A stretch of 63,631 nucleotides of DNA, filler included, from Chiloscyllium plagiosum (GCF_004010195.1; 4 parts of one record of this genome joined end to end with filler, not necessarily neighbours in it), one strand, 5' to 3'. Positions 25,311-38,621 are shown, counted from the first letter of the whole stretch. Program-made: numbers and translations. Notes: a model not told the origin generated them from the letters alone.

Positions 25311-28300
25311 TGTTACATTAATTATATCACTACTCCTGGGTCCATGGATAGAAAGTGGTCTAAATCCTTTGTGAGCTTCTTGGGGTATTTTACCACTGGG
25401 CTAGGTTCCTCCAACTTGGAATCCAACACAACAGGCATGTAGCATCAGTAGTCTTCCACTCCCTTCTTCCAAAGGCAGAAATGCTGAGGCAGCTACTTCC
25501 AATATGTCCATCTCCAATTCAGTGATGGAGAGGATGAATCACTGCCTGCCTGAAGTATTTCTGAAGACTCCGAGGACATGGGCAAGTTTTGCTCCTGCAC
25601 AATCTATGAAGTTGAAGCTTTCAAATCATCCATACGCTTATTTAAGAAAGTTGCACTTATCTGACTGTAATAAGTCACTGGTCCTGATCTCATATCAATC
25701 ATGCCTCTTCCCATGTGTGTAGGGGGTAGTGTAATTTTTAAACGGTTAGCTGCATTTTAGTCTTTTCTACCTTATAGTAAACACAAGTGCCTTATAGTAA
25801 ACACAAGCAGACACTCGAAACTGGTGCCGGCCCTCCCCCATGTTTTTATGAATGAAACAATTGTAACAGCTTTCCTCGATAGCTGAGAGACCGCCCTTAA
25901 CCACAGTTGTACAACATCATCCATATAAGGAAAGAACGGGGAACTCGAACACTGATTGGCCAAGTGAGTAACAAAATAATCGCAGCCACCAGAACCCAAA
26001 TAAGGAAAACAGTGGGGAACCCTAGCACTCGTTGGTCAAGACAGCATTAGGAGACCCAGCCCACATTTACGTGTATATAATGTGTGGAGATTATTATTAA
26101 GGGGTGTGTGTACCATTTTTTTTCTCACACCCGACTTTGCAAAGTTGAATGAAAAGTTTTGGACAGACTCCTCCGTGTCTTTGTTCCTGGGAAGGGAAAT
26201 AAAAGTGCCGGAGATGGGGCTGGACAGCCGCATATCTCGCACATGTGGAGCTATTTCCATGATTGTTGCACCAAACTTTGTGTCCTTCATCAAATTGCCT
26301 TTCTCATTTGGCTGAGTCTTGCATTTGGCAATGGCGTTCCTGATGCCATTTCACCCTCCCTCTTCAGGCCCGGGAAGATCTGACGTAGCCTGGTGTGGTG
26401 TCTTCTACCCATGAGCAACTCAGCTGGTGCTACCCCTATACTTTCATGTAAGGTGGTGCTATAATCAAGCAAGATCCTTGTTGGTATCTAGTGAGGCTGT
26501 AGGCCATTTCTTCAGACCAACCTTCAAAGTTTGTATCACTCTTTCTGCCAGACCATTCAATGGCATGAAACTGTCCTAATGTGTTGAGTTCCATTTGATT
26601 TTAAGAAGTAACTAAAGTTCCTGCTGGTGACCAATACCTCCAGGGATTTGTGTTTCACAAAAGATGTGTGCATTTTTTCTCTCATTGCTCTGGTGTTTGA
26701 TGAATAGACTCTATGTAAGTCCAACTACTTTGGATGGATATCTACAATTACTAAAAATTACTGAATAACTAAGTTAGTTATTTCTTTAATTCATCGAAAG
26801 CTGGGCCTTGTCTATAAGACTACTTTCAAGGCTGACACTTTTCTCGGAGTTGATGTAATGGTGCTAGAATGAATGTCAAGTTGTATGAACTTTCCATAAT
26901 AATTTACCAGGTCTAGAAATGACCAAAACCCTTAGACAGATGTGGGAACCAGGGAACCTTTGATCTCCTTGATTTTATCTTTTAACAGTTGAAATCCAGT
27001 CTTGTCAACCCTGTCGCCCACATAGATCACTTGGCTGGCTGGCTGGCTCCATCGTCTCCAACTGTTCCTCAGTTTTTCTACTTATCAGGGCAGTTAAATG
27101 GCATGTTGAAGCACATTTTGAAAAATTCTCTACATCATCTGTTGAAAAGGTACATAAATTGGTACAAGCCTTTATGAGTATTAATGTTGCATATTTCCAT
27201 GATTCCTGATGCAAATGCAATTGCAAGTAAGCATGGCTCATGTCAAGCTTTGTGAAGGACAAACCTCCTACTTTTGAGTAAAAATCCTCTATCCGAGAAA
27301 TCAGGTCTTTCTCCAAAAAATAGTTTACTATTTGTTTAAAATCCCCAGAAATCGGTAATGACCAGTGCTGCCCATTCCACAAATTGGACTAATTTGATAA
27401 TTTCTTCACTTTCCAGACTTTTGAGTTTTGTTTCTACTTTTATTCAGAAGACAAATGTCATCGAATAGGCATTGCTTCCTGGTCAATATGCAAAGTTGCT
27501 TAGGCTCTGCTAATCCATAGATCTTCCTCAAAAACTTCCATGTATGAAGTAATTTGGACTTCAGGCAGTCATTTTCTAATTTAAAAATGTTGAGTCAATC
27601 TAGGTGAATTTCTCACAATCAATTCAACCCCATCAAGCTTAGGCCTGAGCCTTGTACTAGAATTATTGGTAACCAAACAAGCTGCCATTCATAAGGGACC
27701 AAAACAGACGTTGTACCTTACATCTGCAAAGGTTCCCTGGCATAGGTTCTCAGCCTAGCTGGAATTTTGTGCAAATTTAAGGGCTGGAGTCCAGAGCGAA
27801 TTTTATTAAAAACTGGTCCTGAGATCACTGACACAGTTGCATTCCAGTAGATCTCCATTTAAACTGGATGGCCATTTAACCTGGCGTCTATCTTGATTGG
27901 TTCTGATTTTGATATTGCTAAGCAATTTAACTGTTCCAAACCAGATGCAGGTGGACTTTACAGCATATGAACTTTCCTTGACACCCCTCCTGGATCCATT
28001 TAAATCTGGTAGGATACTGTTGCTGTTCTGAGCCTGCACATCAACAATAATTATAATATCAACAATAATCTCACTGGACAGGACCCTGAAGAAAATTGTA
28101 ACTGCTTGGCTGAGACTTGGCTTTGTTTTGAGTTTTTGCAGTGGACCGAACAAGAGTTATTTCTATCAGGATATTTCCTGTGTTATGTTATGCAGTTTCA
28201 TGTACTCAAGTAGTGTTCCCAAGTTCAGCTGGACTGGCGAGGATGTCCACTTCCATTGGAATACCCTGCAACTGATATGCTCCACACGTCGCATTTTCCA

Positions 28301-29095
28301 GTGATAATGCCAGTCGTAGGGCCTGTTTGAAGTCCAGTTGAGCTTCAGGCAATTGGCATTTTTGCATCGTCACATCATTAATCCCACATACTAAATGCTT
28401 TCAAGCATCTCATTAAGCATTAAAACAAATTCACAATCTTCTGCCAGTCATCTTAATTTAGTCAAAAACCTCCATATAGATTCCCCTGGTTTTTGAATTG
28501 TTAAGTAAAAATGGTAGTGTTTCAGAATTAAAGAGGCTTGGGCTTGTAATATTCCTTAACTATGTCAATCAATTCTTGAAAGGTTTTAGTACCTGGTGCC
28601 TCAGGACACATTAGGCTCCTAATGACAGAAAAAGCTGCATTTCTACAGGCTGTCAGGAGAATTACTCATTCTTTTCAATCTGCCATGATATCATTTACCT
28701 GGAAAACAACAACACACTTTTTTCTAGATAGTGTGCTCAGTTCTCAATGGCAGGGATGAACAAATCAAGCTTTCCAAACAGAGGCATAACGTAAGAAAAT
28801 GTTAACAGCCAAAATCAAAATCTGAGCAAGTTTCTTCAGGATTATGCTATACACCCATCGGCACTGAAATAACTCTCCAGAGCCTGCATCCTATCACCAA
28901 TCACCCTTTACTTACAAATGCATAGCCTTTGACAATTGCACTGTCTCTCACTAAATTAGATATTCAGGGGCTCAATATCCCTGACAGTCAACATTTTATG
29001 TCAGCTAGGTCTCCCTCATTGGACCAAATTATCAGTCACAAGTAGAGAACACATATTCTATGAGATCCGGCTGGCTGACCTTGTTACAATCACGA
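25310..29095 (-). mobile_element. decayed Ty3/Gypsy LTR retrotransposon (gag, protease, RT, integrase; probable 5' LTR about 28865-29095)
   Basis: Integrase C-terminus GVAPAELLMGRR..TRL (26290-26472), RT GDFKQ.VN..RIEDFY.K.GG..FTKLDMSHAYLQL (27005-27382), and protease-like LNGHPV..AxVSVI near 27820-27880. CTTGTTACA recurs at about 25309 and 29080. Confidence 0.8.
25718..26243. mobile_element. solo LTR (526 bp) inserted in the Gypsy integrase 3' region
   Basis: TGT...ACA termini with 4-bp TSD TGTG (25714-25717 and 26244-26247). TATATAA and AATAAA on the plus strand, richer in CpG than the flanks, and the host sequence is continuous once it is removed. Confidence 0.7.
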
Positions 29096-29299
29096 TAGAA
29101 GACAAATCCAAGGCTTTGAATCTCAAAAAAAAATTAACAGGAAATTTAGAATCTCCTTGGTTCAGGGGACTGACTGAGCTGGCTGGTGTCACAGTCAGTG
29201 TGTTACTGCTGCTGTTGGTTTATGCTTTTATTTTGAGAAAAACAAACAAGGGAAAAAAAGGAAAATACAATGTTTGTGTTCTTTTCAAGAAGGCTAGAA

Positions 29300-29552
29300 G
29301 ACAAGAGCAGAGATGCACTACTGGGGCTGTATAAGGCTCTGGTCAAACTATGGTTTGAATATTGTGAGTAGTTTTAGGCCCCAAATCTAACGAAGGATTG
29401 TGCTGACACAGGAAGCGGTGCAGAGGTGGTTTACAACAATGTTCCCGGGGATTAACTGCTTGTCATATGAGGAGAAGTTGAAGACTCTGGGTCTATACTT
29501 GGAGTTTAGAAGGTTGAGGGAAATTTGATTGAAACTTACAGAATAATGAGAA
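29300..29552 (+). mobile_element. old CR1 3' fragment
   Basis: GGGCTGTATAAGGCTCTGGTC...TTGGAGTTTAGAAGGTTGAGGG, typical of the CR1 RT C-terminal region. Confidence 0.6.
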
Positions 29553-29795
29553 TTGAAAAGTGTGACATTGGAAAAGCATAGCAAGTCAGGCAGCATCCAA
29601 GGAGCAGGAGAGTTGACATTTTGGGCATACGCTCTTCATCAGGAATGTGGGGCGAAGGGGGCTGAGAGATAAATAGGAGGGTAGGAGTGGGGTTAGATAA
29701 CTGGGAAAACGATAGGTAGATGCAGGTGGGCGGTGATGGTGATCGGTCAGTGGGGAAGGTGGAGCAGGTAAATGGGAAGGAAGATGGACAGGTAG
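29553..29795 (-). mobile_element. family 1 pLTR element, degenerate hammerhead
   Basis: Reverse complement reads CCTGATGAAGAGCGTATGCCCAAAATGTCAACTCTCC. On the plus strand the G-rich arm follows. Confidence 0.65.
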
Positions 29796-29799
29796 AAGT

Positions 29800-30015
29800 C
29801 TTCCTCTAGCAGCTCATTCCATACACGCACCACCCCTTGCATGAAAACGTTGCCCCTTAGGTCCCTTTTAAATCTTTACCCCTCACCCTAAACCTATGCC
29901 CACTAGTTCTGGACTCCCCCACCCCGGAAAAAGATCTTGTCTATTTATCCCATCCATGCCCCTCATGATTTTATTAACCTCTATAAGCTCAACCTCAGCC
30001 TCCGATGGTCCAAGG
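29800..30015 (-). mobile_element. CR1 3' fragment
   Basis: ELIEVNKIMRGMDGINRQDLFP in the minus ORF 29883-30275. Confidence 0.75.
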
Positions 30016-30043
30016 AAGGTACCTTGTTTGTATTGTATCATAG

Positions 30044-30242
30044 GAGAAGGTGAGGACTGCAGATGCTGGAGACCAGAGTTGAAAAGTGTGGTGCTGGAAA
30101 AACACAGCAGGCCAGGCAGCATCCCAGGAGCAGGAGATTCAACGTTTCGGGCATAAGCCCTGAAGAAGGGAAACGTCGATTCTCCTGCTCCTCGGATGCT
30201 GCCTGGCCTGCTGTGTTTTTCCAGCACCACACTTTTCAACAC
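30044..30242. mobile_element. 199-bp palindromic (fold-back) family 1 element
   Basis: 16-bp TSD TTGTATTGTATCATAG (30028-30043 and 30243-30258). About 70-bp inverted arms (about 30078-30148 and 30170-30240) meet inside the hammerhead. Confidence 0.85.
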
Positions 30243-32359
30243 TTGTATTGTATCATAGACCATGTTCTGATTCACTCATGGGACATAGAACTTGATGGCT
30301 GGCCAGCATTTATTGCCCATCCCTTGTTGTCCTTCTTGTTGCACTAGGATTTTTTTTGGGTTGTTTGTTGTTATTATTCTCATTTGGCATCTGTTTTGCC
30401 ATACTGCCATGCACTCTAACATGATCATACTTGGTATGATTATGGTTCAGGGCCTATGCTGATTGTATCTGCTGTATCTGAGGTGCCATGGTTTGAGTGC
30501 TGGACTCAGACTTGCTGTCCAATGTTTAGATTGGTTAATTTGGTATCCTTAGGCTCTCTGCAGACCCTTTATGCCATCCTCACCACTTGCCTTTCCACTA
30601 TTTTTGTGTCAACCACAAACTTGATAATTCATTCACTACTGTCATCCAATATATATTTCACACTTGCACACGCTCTATGAGTCAAAGGGTGCAATCAATG
30701 ATGATTTCATACATCCCTGCAGGCAACGTTTTATTCAATATTTCAGTGTTTTAACAGACACACTCCATTCAAGACTGGGAAATGTACAATACAAAATCCA
30801 TATCTCCATGCTACATCATAGCTTAGTGGCCTACCAAGAGATGCTACACAAAGTGCTGACTCTCTTAGTTTCAATGCCGTCCTGCTCAAGCTTTTCTGAG
30901 AACTCTGAAACATTTAAGTCTAACCATTGAGGAAGTATGAAAAGGAGTGCCTCAGGATTGCTTCTAACCTGTTACCTATCCTGAAGGACAGCAATGCACA
31001 GTACTCAGGTTCCATATGCTAACTAAAGCCTTAAACCCAGTGCACCTCAGCGCCTTGTAATGTTGGTGCTCTGTATCATTGTTTGCTTCTTTCTCTCAGA
31101 TAGTAATTGCAAATACTTTAAGGTGACATAAGCCACTGATGCCACGCATACATTCATATCTGTAAATTAACATTTATTCAGACAACAGAAATATTAAAGA
31201 AGTGTTGAAATAACCAGGTCTACATACACTTTAAAATGACCGGTGGCTGTTTGCACATAACCAACAAAATATTTATACAAGAAAAGGAAGTCCGAACTCA
31301 GCTCATTCATCATCAATATGGGTCCAAATGATTTTCTATCTGGCTCTTATGCTTAATAGCGCATAGCTCTATCAAGGTCTCTTTGATTTCCATCCCAGCC
31401 AATGTTCTCATCCGTACAGAATTGCCCTCAATTCCCTATTTGCTTTGCATCTAATGCATCTTCACTTTACCAACTCTAGTTATGAAGGGTTCACTGATGT
31501 GGCATACATTTTCAGTGCAAACTACAAGGCACCAACAGCATTGTAATTTCTTCTTAAGAAGACTTATAATCTGTTTCATAATGGCCCTAATGAAAGCATG
31601 GCAGTGTTGCATGTCTGTTCTCCAACAAAGCAGCCATGTTTGGAGGAAGCATCCCTTAGCCTCTTAGAATCTATTCCTGTAGGAATAGGGAGAAGACAGG
31701 AAACTATGAGTTCTCCTGTATGAACACATCATGGCAGTTTCCACAATATGGGTGCAGGGCTCCAAGTTCTAACATCAATGATCACAGTTAAGCTATAAAT
31801 TGGTGGAGTGGAAGCCTCTTTAGATGACAAACTCTGCATGGTAGTGATAGGGTACTCACAAAACAATGTGGCTGTAACCCTCCACCTAAGGAAATCCAAT
31901 AAGCTGAAGCATCCAACTGCTATGGGGAAAGGGTATAAGCAGCTGTGAACTGGAGAAAATAGCATCTGCATTTGTGGCCAAGGATTAGGAGATGCCACAG
32001 AAGTCTCCCATTTCATCTTGAAATCAGCCACTGCCGTAAAGGTTCAAAATAGATGTAATCTTGGTGAATACCAAGATGGGATAGCCACCCACTCTTTCTA
32101 AACATAAAGCCTGCTCCAGCATACAACACAGTTTCAGTGATAATAGCCTACGACATTCTTCATCTACAATTGCAATGAATCTCTGAGAGCTGTAGATAAC
32201 AACAATGAGACTGGTAGACAAAGGGTCTGATCATTCTCTTCCACCTCCTTGAGGGCTCGGCACTTACTGTTTCTACATCTCAAGGCTATATGGCAGCTAC
32301 TGGTTGTTGCTATTTATGCTTGGCTTGGTTTTGACGTTCCAATTGTTGTCATTTCAAAG

Positions 32360-32576
32360 TTTGGGAGAAGATTTGTAGCTCGGGTGCTCATTGTTGTTGT
32401 GGTTCTGTTCGCCGAGCTGGGAATTTGTGTTGCAGATGTTTCATCCCTGTTTAGGTGACATCCTCAGTGCTTGGGAGCCTCCTGTGAAGTGCTTCTATGA
32501 TGTTTCCTCCGGCATTTATAGTGATTTGTATCTGCCGCTTCTGGTTGTCAGTTCCAGCTGTCCGCTGCAGTGGCCG
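32360..32576 (-). mobile_element. Penelope pLTR (family 3) with hammerhead motif at 32431-32470
   Basis: Reverse complement reads GCA-CTGAGGA-T-GTCACCT AAAC AGGGAT-GAAAC-ATC-TGCA. Runs into an N gap. Confidence 0.7.
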
Positions 32577-33522
32577 NNNNNNNNNNNNNNNNNNNNNNNN
32601 NNNNNNNNNNNNNNNNNNNNNNNNNNNNNNNNNNNNNNNNNNNNNNNNNNNNNNNNNNNNNNNNNNNNNNNNNNNNNNNNNNNNNNNNNNNNNNNNNNNN
32701 NNNNNNNNNNNNNNNNNNNNNNNNNNNNNNNNNNNNNNNNNNNNNNNNNNNNNNNNNNNNNNNNNNNNNNNNNNNNNNNNNNNNNNNNNNNNNNNNNNNN
32801 NNNNNNNNNNNNNNNNNNNNNNNNNNNNNNNNNNNNNNNNNNNNNNNNNNNNNNNNNNNNNNNNNNNNNNNNNNNNNNNNNNNNNNNNNNNNNNNNNNNN
32901 NNNNNNNNNNNNNNNNNNNNNNNNNNNNNNNNNNNNNNNNNNNNNNNNNNNNNNNNNNNNNNNNNNNNNNNNNNNNNNNNNNNNNNNNNNNNNNNNNNNN
33001 NNNNNNNNNNNNNNNNNNNNNNNNNNNNNNNNNNNNNNNNNNNNNNNNNNNNNNNNNNNNNNNNNNNNNNNNNNNNNNNNNNNNNNNNNNNNNNNNNNNN
33101 NNNNNNNNNNNNNNNNNNNNNNNNNNNNNNNNNNNNNNNNNNNNNNNNNNNNNNNNNNNNNNNNNNNNNNNNNNNNNNNNNNNNNNNNNNNNNNNNNNNN
33201 NNNNNNNNNNNNNNNNNNNNNNNNNNNNNNNNNNNNNNNNNNNNNNNNNNNNNNNNNNNNNNNNNNNNNNNNNNNNNNNNNNNNNNNNNNNNNNNNNNNN
33301 NNNNNNNNNNNNNNNNNNNNNNNNNNNNNNNNNNNNNNNNNNNNNNNNNNNNNNNNNNNNNNNNNNNNNNNNNNNNNNNNNNNNNNNNNNNNNNNNNNNN
33401 NNNNNNNNNNNNNNNNNNNNNNNNNNNNNNNNNNNNNNNNNNNNNNNNNNNNNNNNNNNNNNNNNNNNNNNNNNNNNNNNNNNNNNNNNNNNNNNNNNNN
33501 NNNNNNNNNNNNNNNNNNNNNN
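32577..33522. other. assembly gap (N run); further plain gaps at 36581-36909 and 50348-50560
   Basis: Runs of N. Confidence 1.
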
Positions 33523-33840
33523 GTTAGACGAGGAGACTAGGACCCGTGGACGCAGCCTTAGAATTAGAGGGGGTAAATTCAGAAATGCGGAGACATTTCT
33601 TCAGCCAGAGAGTGGTGGGCCTGTGGAATTCATTGCCGCAGAGTGCAGTGGAGGCCGGGCGCTAAATGACTTCAAGGCAGAGATTGATAAATTCTTGATG
33701 TCACAAGGAATTAAGGGCTACGGGGAGAATGCGGGTAAGTGGAGTTGAAATGCCCATCAGCCATGATTGAATGGCGGAGTGGACTCAATGGGCCGAATGG
33801 CCTTACTTCCACTCCTATGTCTTATGGTCTTATGGTCTTA
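33523..33840 (+). mobile_element. young CR1 3' end
   Basis: TTCTTCAGCCAGAGAGTGGTG...TGGAATTCATTGCC, a TCTTATGG tandem tail and retained CpGs. Confidence 0.85.
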
Positions 33841-34036
33841 AGTGGAGGCGTAGGGAAGGTCTTAGCGAGGTGCTCACCTCAATGTGTTGCAGGCTGCAAG
33901 AACATGGTGTAATTTCTCCACTCCCAGGAAGTACTGGGTGACAAAGGGTACCCTATCAGTCATATCCTGTATCTGTCTTCTGAGGAGATCATTATGGTTT
34001 CTCACTGTGGCACATCAGAACTGGCAATCGATGAGT
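33841..34036 (-). mobile_element. Penelope-like element fragment (RT-endonuclease linker)
   Basis: Clearly homologous to 53045-53250 of the PLE at 52769-53695. Confidence 0.7.
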
Positions 34037-34524
34037 AAGAACTGAGCTAAGAGTCATAAGATGTATCGTGTGAAATGCTCAAGATGCGTATACGTTTCTA
34101 CATACAATGCAACCTGGTAGAAACATGCAAGTCAAAAGTATCCCTGATATTCCAAAGTGCAGCTCTTAAGGTTTGAAATAGTGTGTGATTTGTCCAAAAC
34201 CAAACATGATGATGTTTTGATGATGCACTTGCATGAATAAAGGGTGGAAGAGAATGGTATCCATCGAGCATGTTGGGGAATATTGATGAAGGTGGAGTTG
34301 TTTGCATGCTCAAAGGCCTGAGGAAGTTACAGACAAGTTACTACTCAAGACAGGAAATAACACCAGCTAGAAGTAGAGAAGAATACTCTGAGATACTCTG
34401 AGATGGGGCTGTATCAACCATAATGAAATGTAAATACGTGGAAATAAGTTAGTCACTGCTCATTAATGAGATTCAGAATCTGCAATTAAACATTAACGTG
34501 AAAATAAAACCTTTTCTCCTTGAG

Positions 34525-35153
34525 ATTTTCATGACGATCTGTAGCTCAGATTGTGAATGAGGGAGCTAGTTAGCTCACTGAGCTGCTGGGTTTTCATGCA
34601 GACATTTCATTACCATGCTGGTATTATGGTGGCACACCAACCAACACCCACATTACGTCAGCTACTTACCAGGACTAAGAGCACCATATCCACAAAATGT
34701 AGGACCGACATGGGTTACAAAATCGCTGCAACAACTGCAACAAGCATTACATCAGACAAACAGGTAGAAAACTAGCCATCTGACTTCACAAGTACCATGG
34801 CAACTAGACAACATGATCCACTCTCCCCCATCTCTGTACATACAGATCAAGAGGGCCATCAATTCAACTATGACAAAGTTAAAATTCTCAGATAGGCCAA
34901 CCAAGGACATGCAAGAGAACTCTTGGAAGCTTGGTTTTCAATTAGAGAGGCCATGAACAGACACATAAAGATAGACCCAGTGTAAAAACCGCTGCAGAGA
35001 AGACCCAGAAAGGACACCTACCTCAACATAACAGACCACATTAAAAAACCAAGTGGCACAAAACAACACTGCTTCACGGGAGTTGCACTGATAATGTTAC
35101 TCAGCATGGTAACAAAATATCTGCACGATAACTGGCAAGCTAACCAACTACCT
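34525..35153 (+). mobile_element. 5'-truncated Penelope-like element: inverted 5' pLTR piece, GIY-YIG endonuclease, 3' pLTR with hammerhead
   Basis: Peptide VAHQPTPTLRQLL..YKI..CNNCNKHYIRQTGRKL..ARELLEAW..AMNRHIKID. Hammerhead relic at 35084-35125 and its inverted half at 34597-34623. 13-bp TSD TTTTCTCCTTGAG (34512-34524 and 35154-35166). Confidence 0.85.
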
Positions 35154-35619
35154 TTTTCTCCTTGAGTTGATAATCTGATTTCTCCATTTGTCATATTTTC
35201 ACATCATTACCCATGCTCAAGGGAGTGAAAAATTCTAACCCCAGATAATGCTAGCCTTATCATTCCATGGTCACAGCCCATGTGTAAGTTATAATCTGAT
35301 ATTAATAAAGGACTCATAAGGGAAAGTCCTACATTACTTTACCAACTCATCACCATCATTTGCACCCTTTTGCAAACATTCATTTTGAGCCAATTGCTGG
35401 AAGAAGGAGAAAAATCACCTGGCGTGGTCATAAGATTCCTCTTTTCTGTCATAGTGTGAGAAATTAGACATAAGCATTACCCGACCAACTGTTCCATTAC
35501 AAGATTTTTTTGGATTGCCAATACCATCTAGCTATAGAAGAAACATATTTATCAATGACTTACTGGACTCAACAACAGTTAGGAGACTCATTATCAACTA
35601 AGAAACCAATTACTTCAGT

Positions 35620-36292
35620 TTTAGCTACACGTTTGCAAATGGTGTATTGGTATTCATAACAAGATGATTCTAGCACAGGAACAGAGATGTCTTGTTGCAA
35701 ATGTATAAGGCCTTGGTGAGATCACATTTGGAACATTGTGCAATTTTCACCTCCTTATCTAAGGAAAGATGTTCTGGCTGTGGAGGGAGTGAGCAAAGAT
35801 TTATCAGTTGATTCCTGGCAAGGCAGGTCTGACTGGATGAAGAGAGACTGGATTGGTTAGGATTGTATATGTTGGAGTTTAGGAAAATGAAGTGGGGGGT
35901 GGTGGGGAGTCACATAAAATCTTATAAAAAACTAACAGGACTAGACAGGTTAAATGCAAGGAGGACGTTCCTGATGAACTAGATGTTCAGAATCGGGATA
36001 ATGTCGAAGAATATGGAATAGGCCATTGAGGACTCAGATGAGTAGAACCTTCTTCACCCAGAGAGTGGTCATCCTCTGGAATGCTTTGCCTTGGAAATTG
36101 GTTGAGGCCAAAGAATTGAGTGTTTCGAGAATGAATTGGATGAAGTTTTCAGGCTGGGGTAATTGAAGGTTGCGAGGAGAAGGTGGGACCATGGTAATGA
36201 GTTGGATGATCAGCCATGGTCATATTGAATGGCAAAGCAGACTTGAAGGGCTGATTGGTCTACTCCTGCTCCTATTGTCTATGTTTCTATTA
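35620..36292 (+). mobile_element. old CR1 3' fragment
   Basis: TATAAGGCCTTGGTGAGA..TTCTTCACCCAGAGAGTGG and a CTATGTTTCTA-like tail. Confidence 0.7.
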
Positions 36293-36478
36293 CAATGGGA
36301 ATTTTAACTGTCAATTTTCTATTTTAATAAAAACAAATCTGTATAGCTATTTGTTGCTTGAGTATTTAAGCGTGTATTTTTATTTGTGAGCACCACTGAC
36401 AAGGTCAGCATTTATTGCTCATCCATAAATAACCTTGAAAAGATGACATTGCATCAGCTGACCTTGTGCTTCTAAGTG

Positions 36479-37195
36479 GAGAAAGTGAGGACTGCAGATG
36501 CTGGAAAGCAGAGCTGAAAATGTGTTGCTGGAAAAGCGCAGCAGGTCAGGCAGCATCCAAGGAACAGGAGAATCGACGTTNNNNNNNNNNNNNNNNNNNN
36601 NNNNNNNNNNNNNNNNNNNNNNNNNNNNNNNNNNNNNNNNNNNNNNNNNNNNNNNNNNNNNNNNNNNNNNNNNNNNNNNNNNNNNNNNNNNNNNNNNNNN
36701 NNNNNNNNNNNNNNNNNNNNNNNNNNNNNNNNNNNNNNNNNNNNNNNNNNNNNNNNNNNNNNNNNNNNNNNNNNNNNNNNNNNNNNNNNNNNNNNNNNNN
36801 NNNNNNNNNNNNNNNNNNNNNNNNNNNNNNNNNNNNNNNNNNNNNNNNNNNNNNNNNNNNNNNNNNNNNNNNNNNNNNNNNNNNNNNNNNNNNNNNNNNN
36901 NNNNNNNNNTTGTCTCAGTCAAATCCCTCGAACTCAGCACCGCCTTCCTAACCTGCAATCTTCTTCCTGACCTCTCCGCCCCCACCCCACTCCGGCCTAT
37001 CACCCTCACCTTGACCTCCTTCCACCTATCGCATTTCCAATGCCCCTCCCCCAAGTCCCTCCTCCCTACCTTTTATCTTAGCCTGCTGGACATAATTTCC
37101 TCATTCCTGAAGAAGGGCTTATGCCCGAAACGTCGATTCTCCTGTTCCTTGGATGCTGCCTGACCTGCTGCGCTTTTCCAGCAACACATTTTCAG
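36479..37195. mobile_element. fold-back family 1 element spanning an N gap
   Basis: 16-bp TSD CTTGTGCTTCTAAGTG (36463-36478 and 37196-37211) and inverted terminal arms. Confidence 0.85.
37103..37139 (+). ncRNA. minimal hammerhead ribozyme motif (family 1, intact core)
   Basis: CTGAAGA 37107-37113, extra A, GGGC-TTAT-GCCC, GAAA 37127-37130, CGTC ending at 37134. Confidence 0.7.
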
Positions 37196-38621
37196 CTTGT
37201 GCTTCTAAGTGTAAGGGATTGTGGATTTGGAGGGTGTCAAACGAACATGGGGAAATTGCTGCACTGTGTCTTGTAGGTGCTATACATTGCTGCTATTATA
37301 TATTGAGAATAAATGTTGAAGTTAGTGGCAGGCATCCAGTCAAGTGAACTACTTTGTCCTGGATGGTATTGAGCTTCTTGAGTGTTGTTGGAATTGCATT
37401 CATCCAGGCAAATTCTGACTTCTGCTTTGTAGGTTGTGCATGGCTTTTGAGGAATCAGCTGGTGAGTTACCATGTAGAGAATTTCTAGCCTCTTGTTCCA
37501 CAGTATTTGTAAGGCAGTTTCTGGTGAATGGTGACTCCAGGATATGATAATGGGAGATTTAGCAATAGTAATGATATCAAAAGTCAAGGGGAGATGGTTA
37601 GATTCTCTCTTCATGGAGATGGTCATTTCCCGATACTTGAGTGATGTGGTCTCCGCCCAAGCCTGGACCTTTTATAAGTTGTGCAGCATGTGGACATGAT
37701 CTACTTCATTACATGAAGAGTTGAGAATGGTCCTGAATATTATGCAATCATCAGTTAACATCTCTACTTCTGATCATATAAGGAGGGAAGGTAATTGATG
37801 AAGTTCAGATGGTTGGGTATAGATCACTACCACGAGGAACATCTCCAGTGATACCCTAGAGCTGAAATGATTAACTACAACCATTTTCTTTTGAGGTGGC
37901 TATGTTGCAAACTAGTGGTGAGCCGCACACCCAAATTCCCATTGACTTACATTTTGCTAGGGCTCTTTAATGTGTACATAAAACTGTTTAAGATCTAGTT
38001 ACTTCATTTCAAGTATAATTGCAGACCTGCTGCTATTACAGTGTAGGCGTTAAAATACCTTGTATCAGCTGCGCTTTAAGAAACATTGAGAGTGACCTAT
38101 GCCATTTACTTTAATATGCCAAATGAAATTTACACATTTGTAGACCAGATTTCATCAAATTGCTAATAATGTACTCCCACGTACATTTAAGTATTCATTA
38201 ATTAAATAAGCTCACTTGCTTACACACCTGACATTGCAGCCTTCAATTATTTGAATTTCTGCTGCTGTGGTTGCGTTTCACCTAATTGGTTTTAAAAAGG
38301 AACTGGAGTGAAATGAACTAAATTGCAATTTCAAATTGCAAAATTATTTGCTGAAAATATCTGGTTAACCCCTTAAAAGAACTATTCTGTCTTAGTTCCT
38401 GGAACACATTTGCTGTCACAAAATCTGACAAGACTGATTTACTGTGAGTTTCTAAACAGAATAACTAGGATTTCCTATAATCTGTTTTCATTTATTATTT
38501 TGACTAGCGGATCTTTATTTCAAAATCAATTGTTTTGAGCCTTCTTTCTGGAAAAGAAAGTAACCTGATTAAAACAATCTGTAAAAACAAGTAAATAAAG
38601 CAGGAAGACATCATGGAACTG

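Larger units (their letters stand above)
36390..37970 (-). mobile_element. CR1/L2-like LINE 3' fragment, host of the 36479-37195 insertion
   Basis: Minus ORF 37237-37626 (MTISMKRESNHLPLTF...TTYKAEVR) resembles an RT C-terminal region. The sequence is continuous across the TSD. Confidence 0.6.

Noticed and set aside
30044..30242. MITE / DNA transposon interpretation of the palindromic elements
   Set aside because: TSD length varies (12-16 bp), arms are asymmetric, single-arm copies exist, and related hammerhead-bearing families are linked to PLE ORFs.
32391..33748. Long ORFs of 347-392 aa, and similar ones at 36419-37163 and 50224-50645
   Set aside because: They are open only because they run through N gaps.
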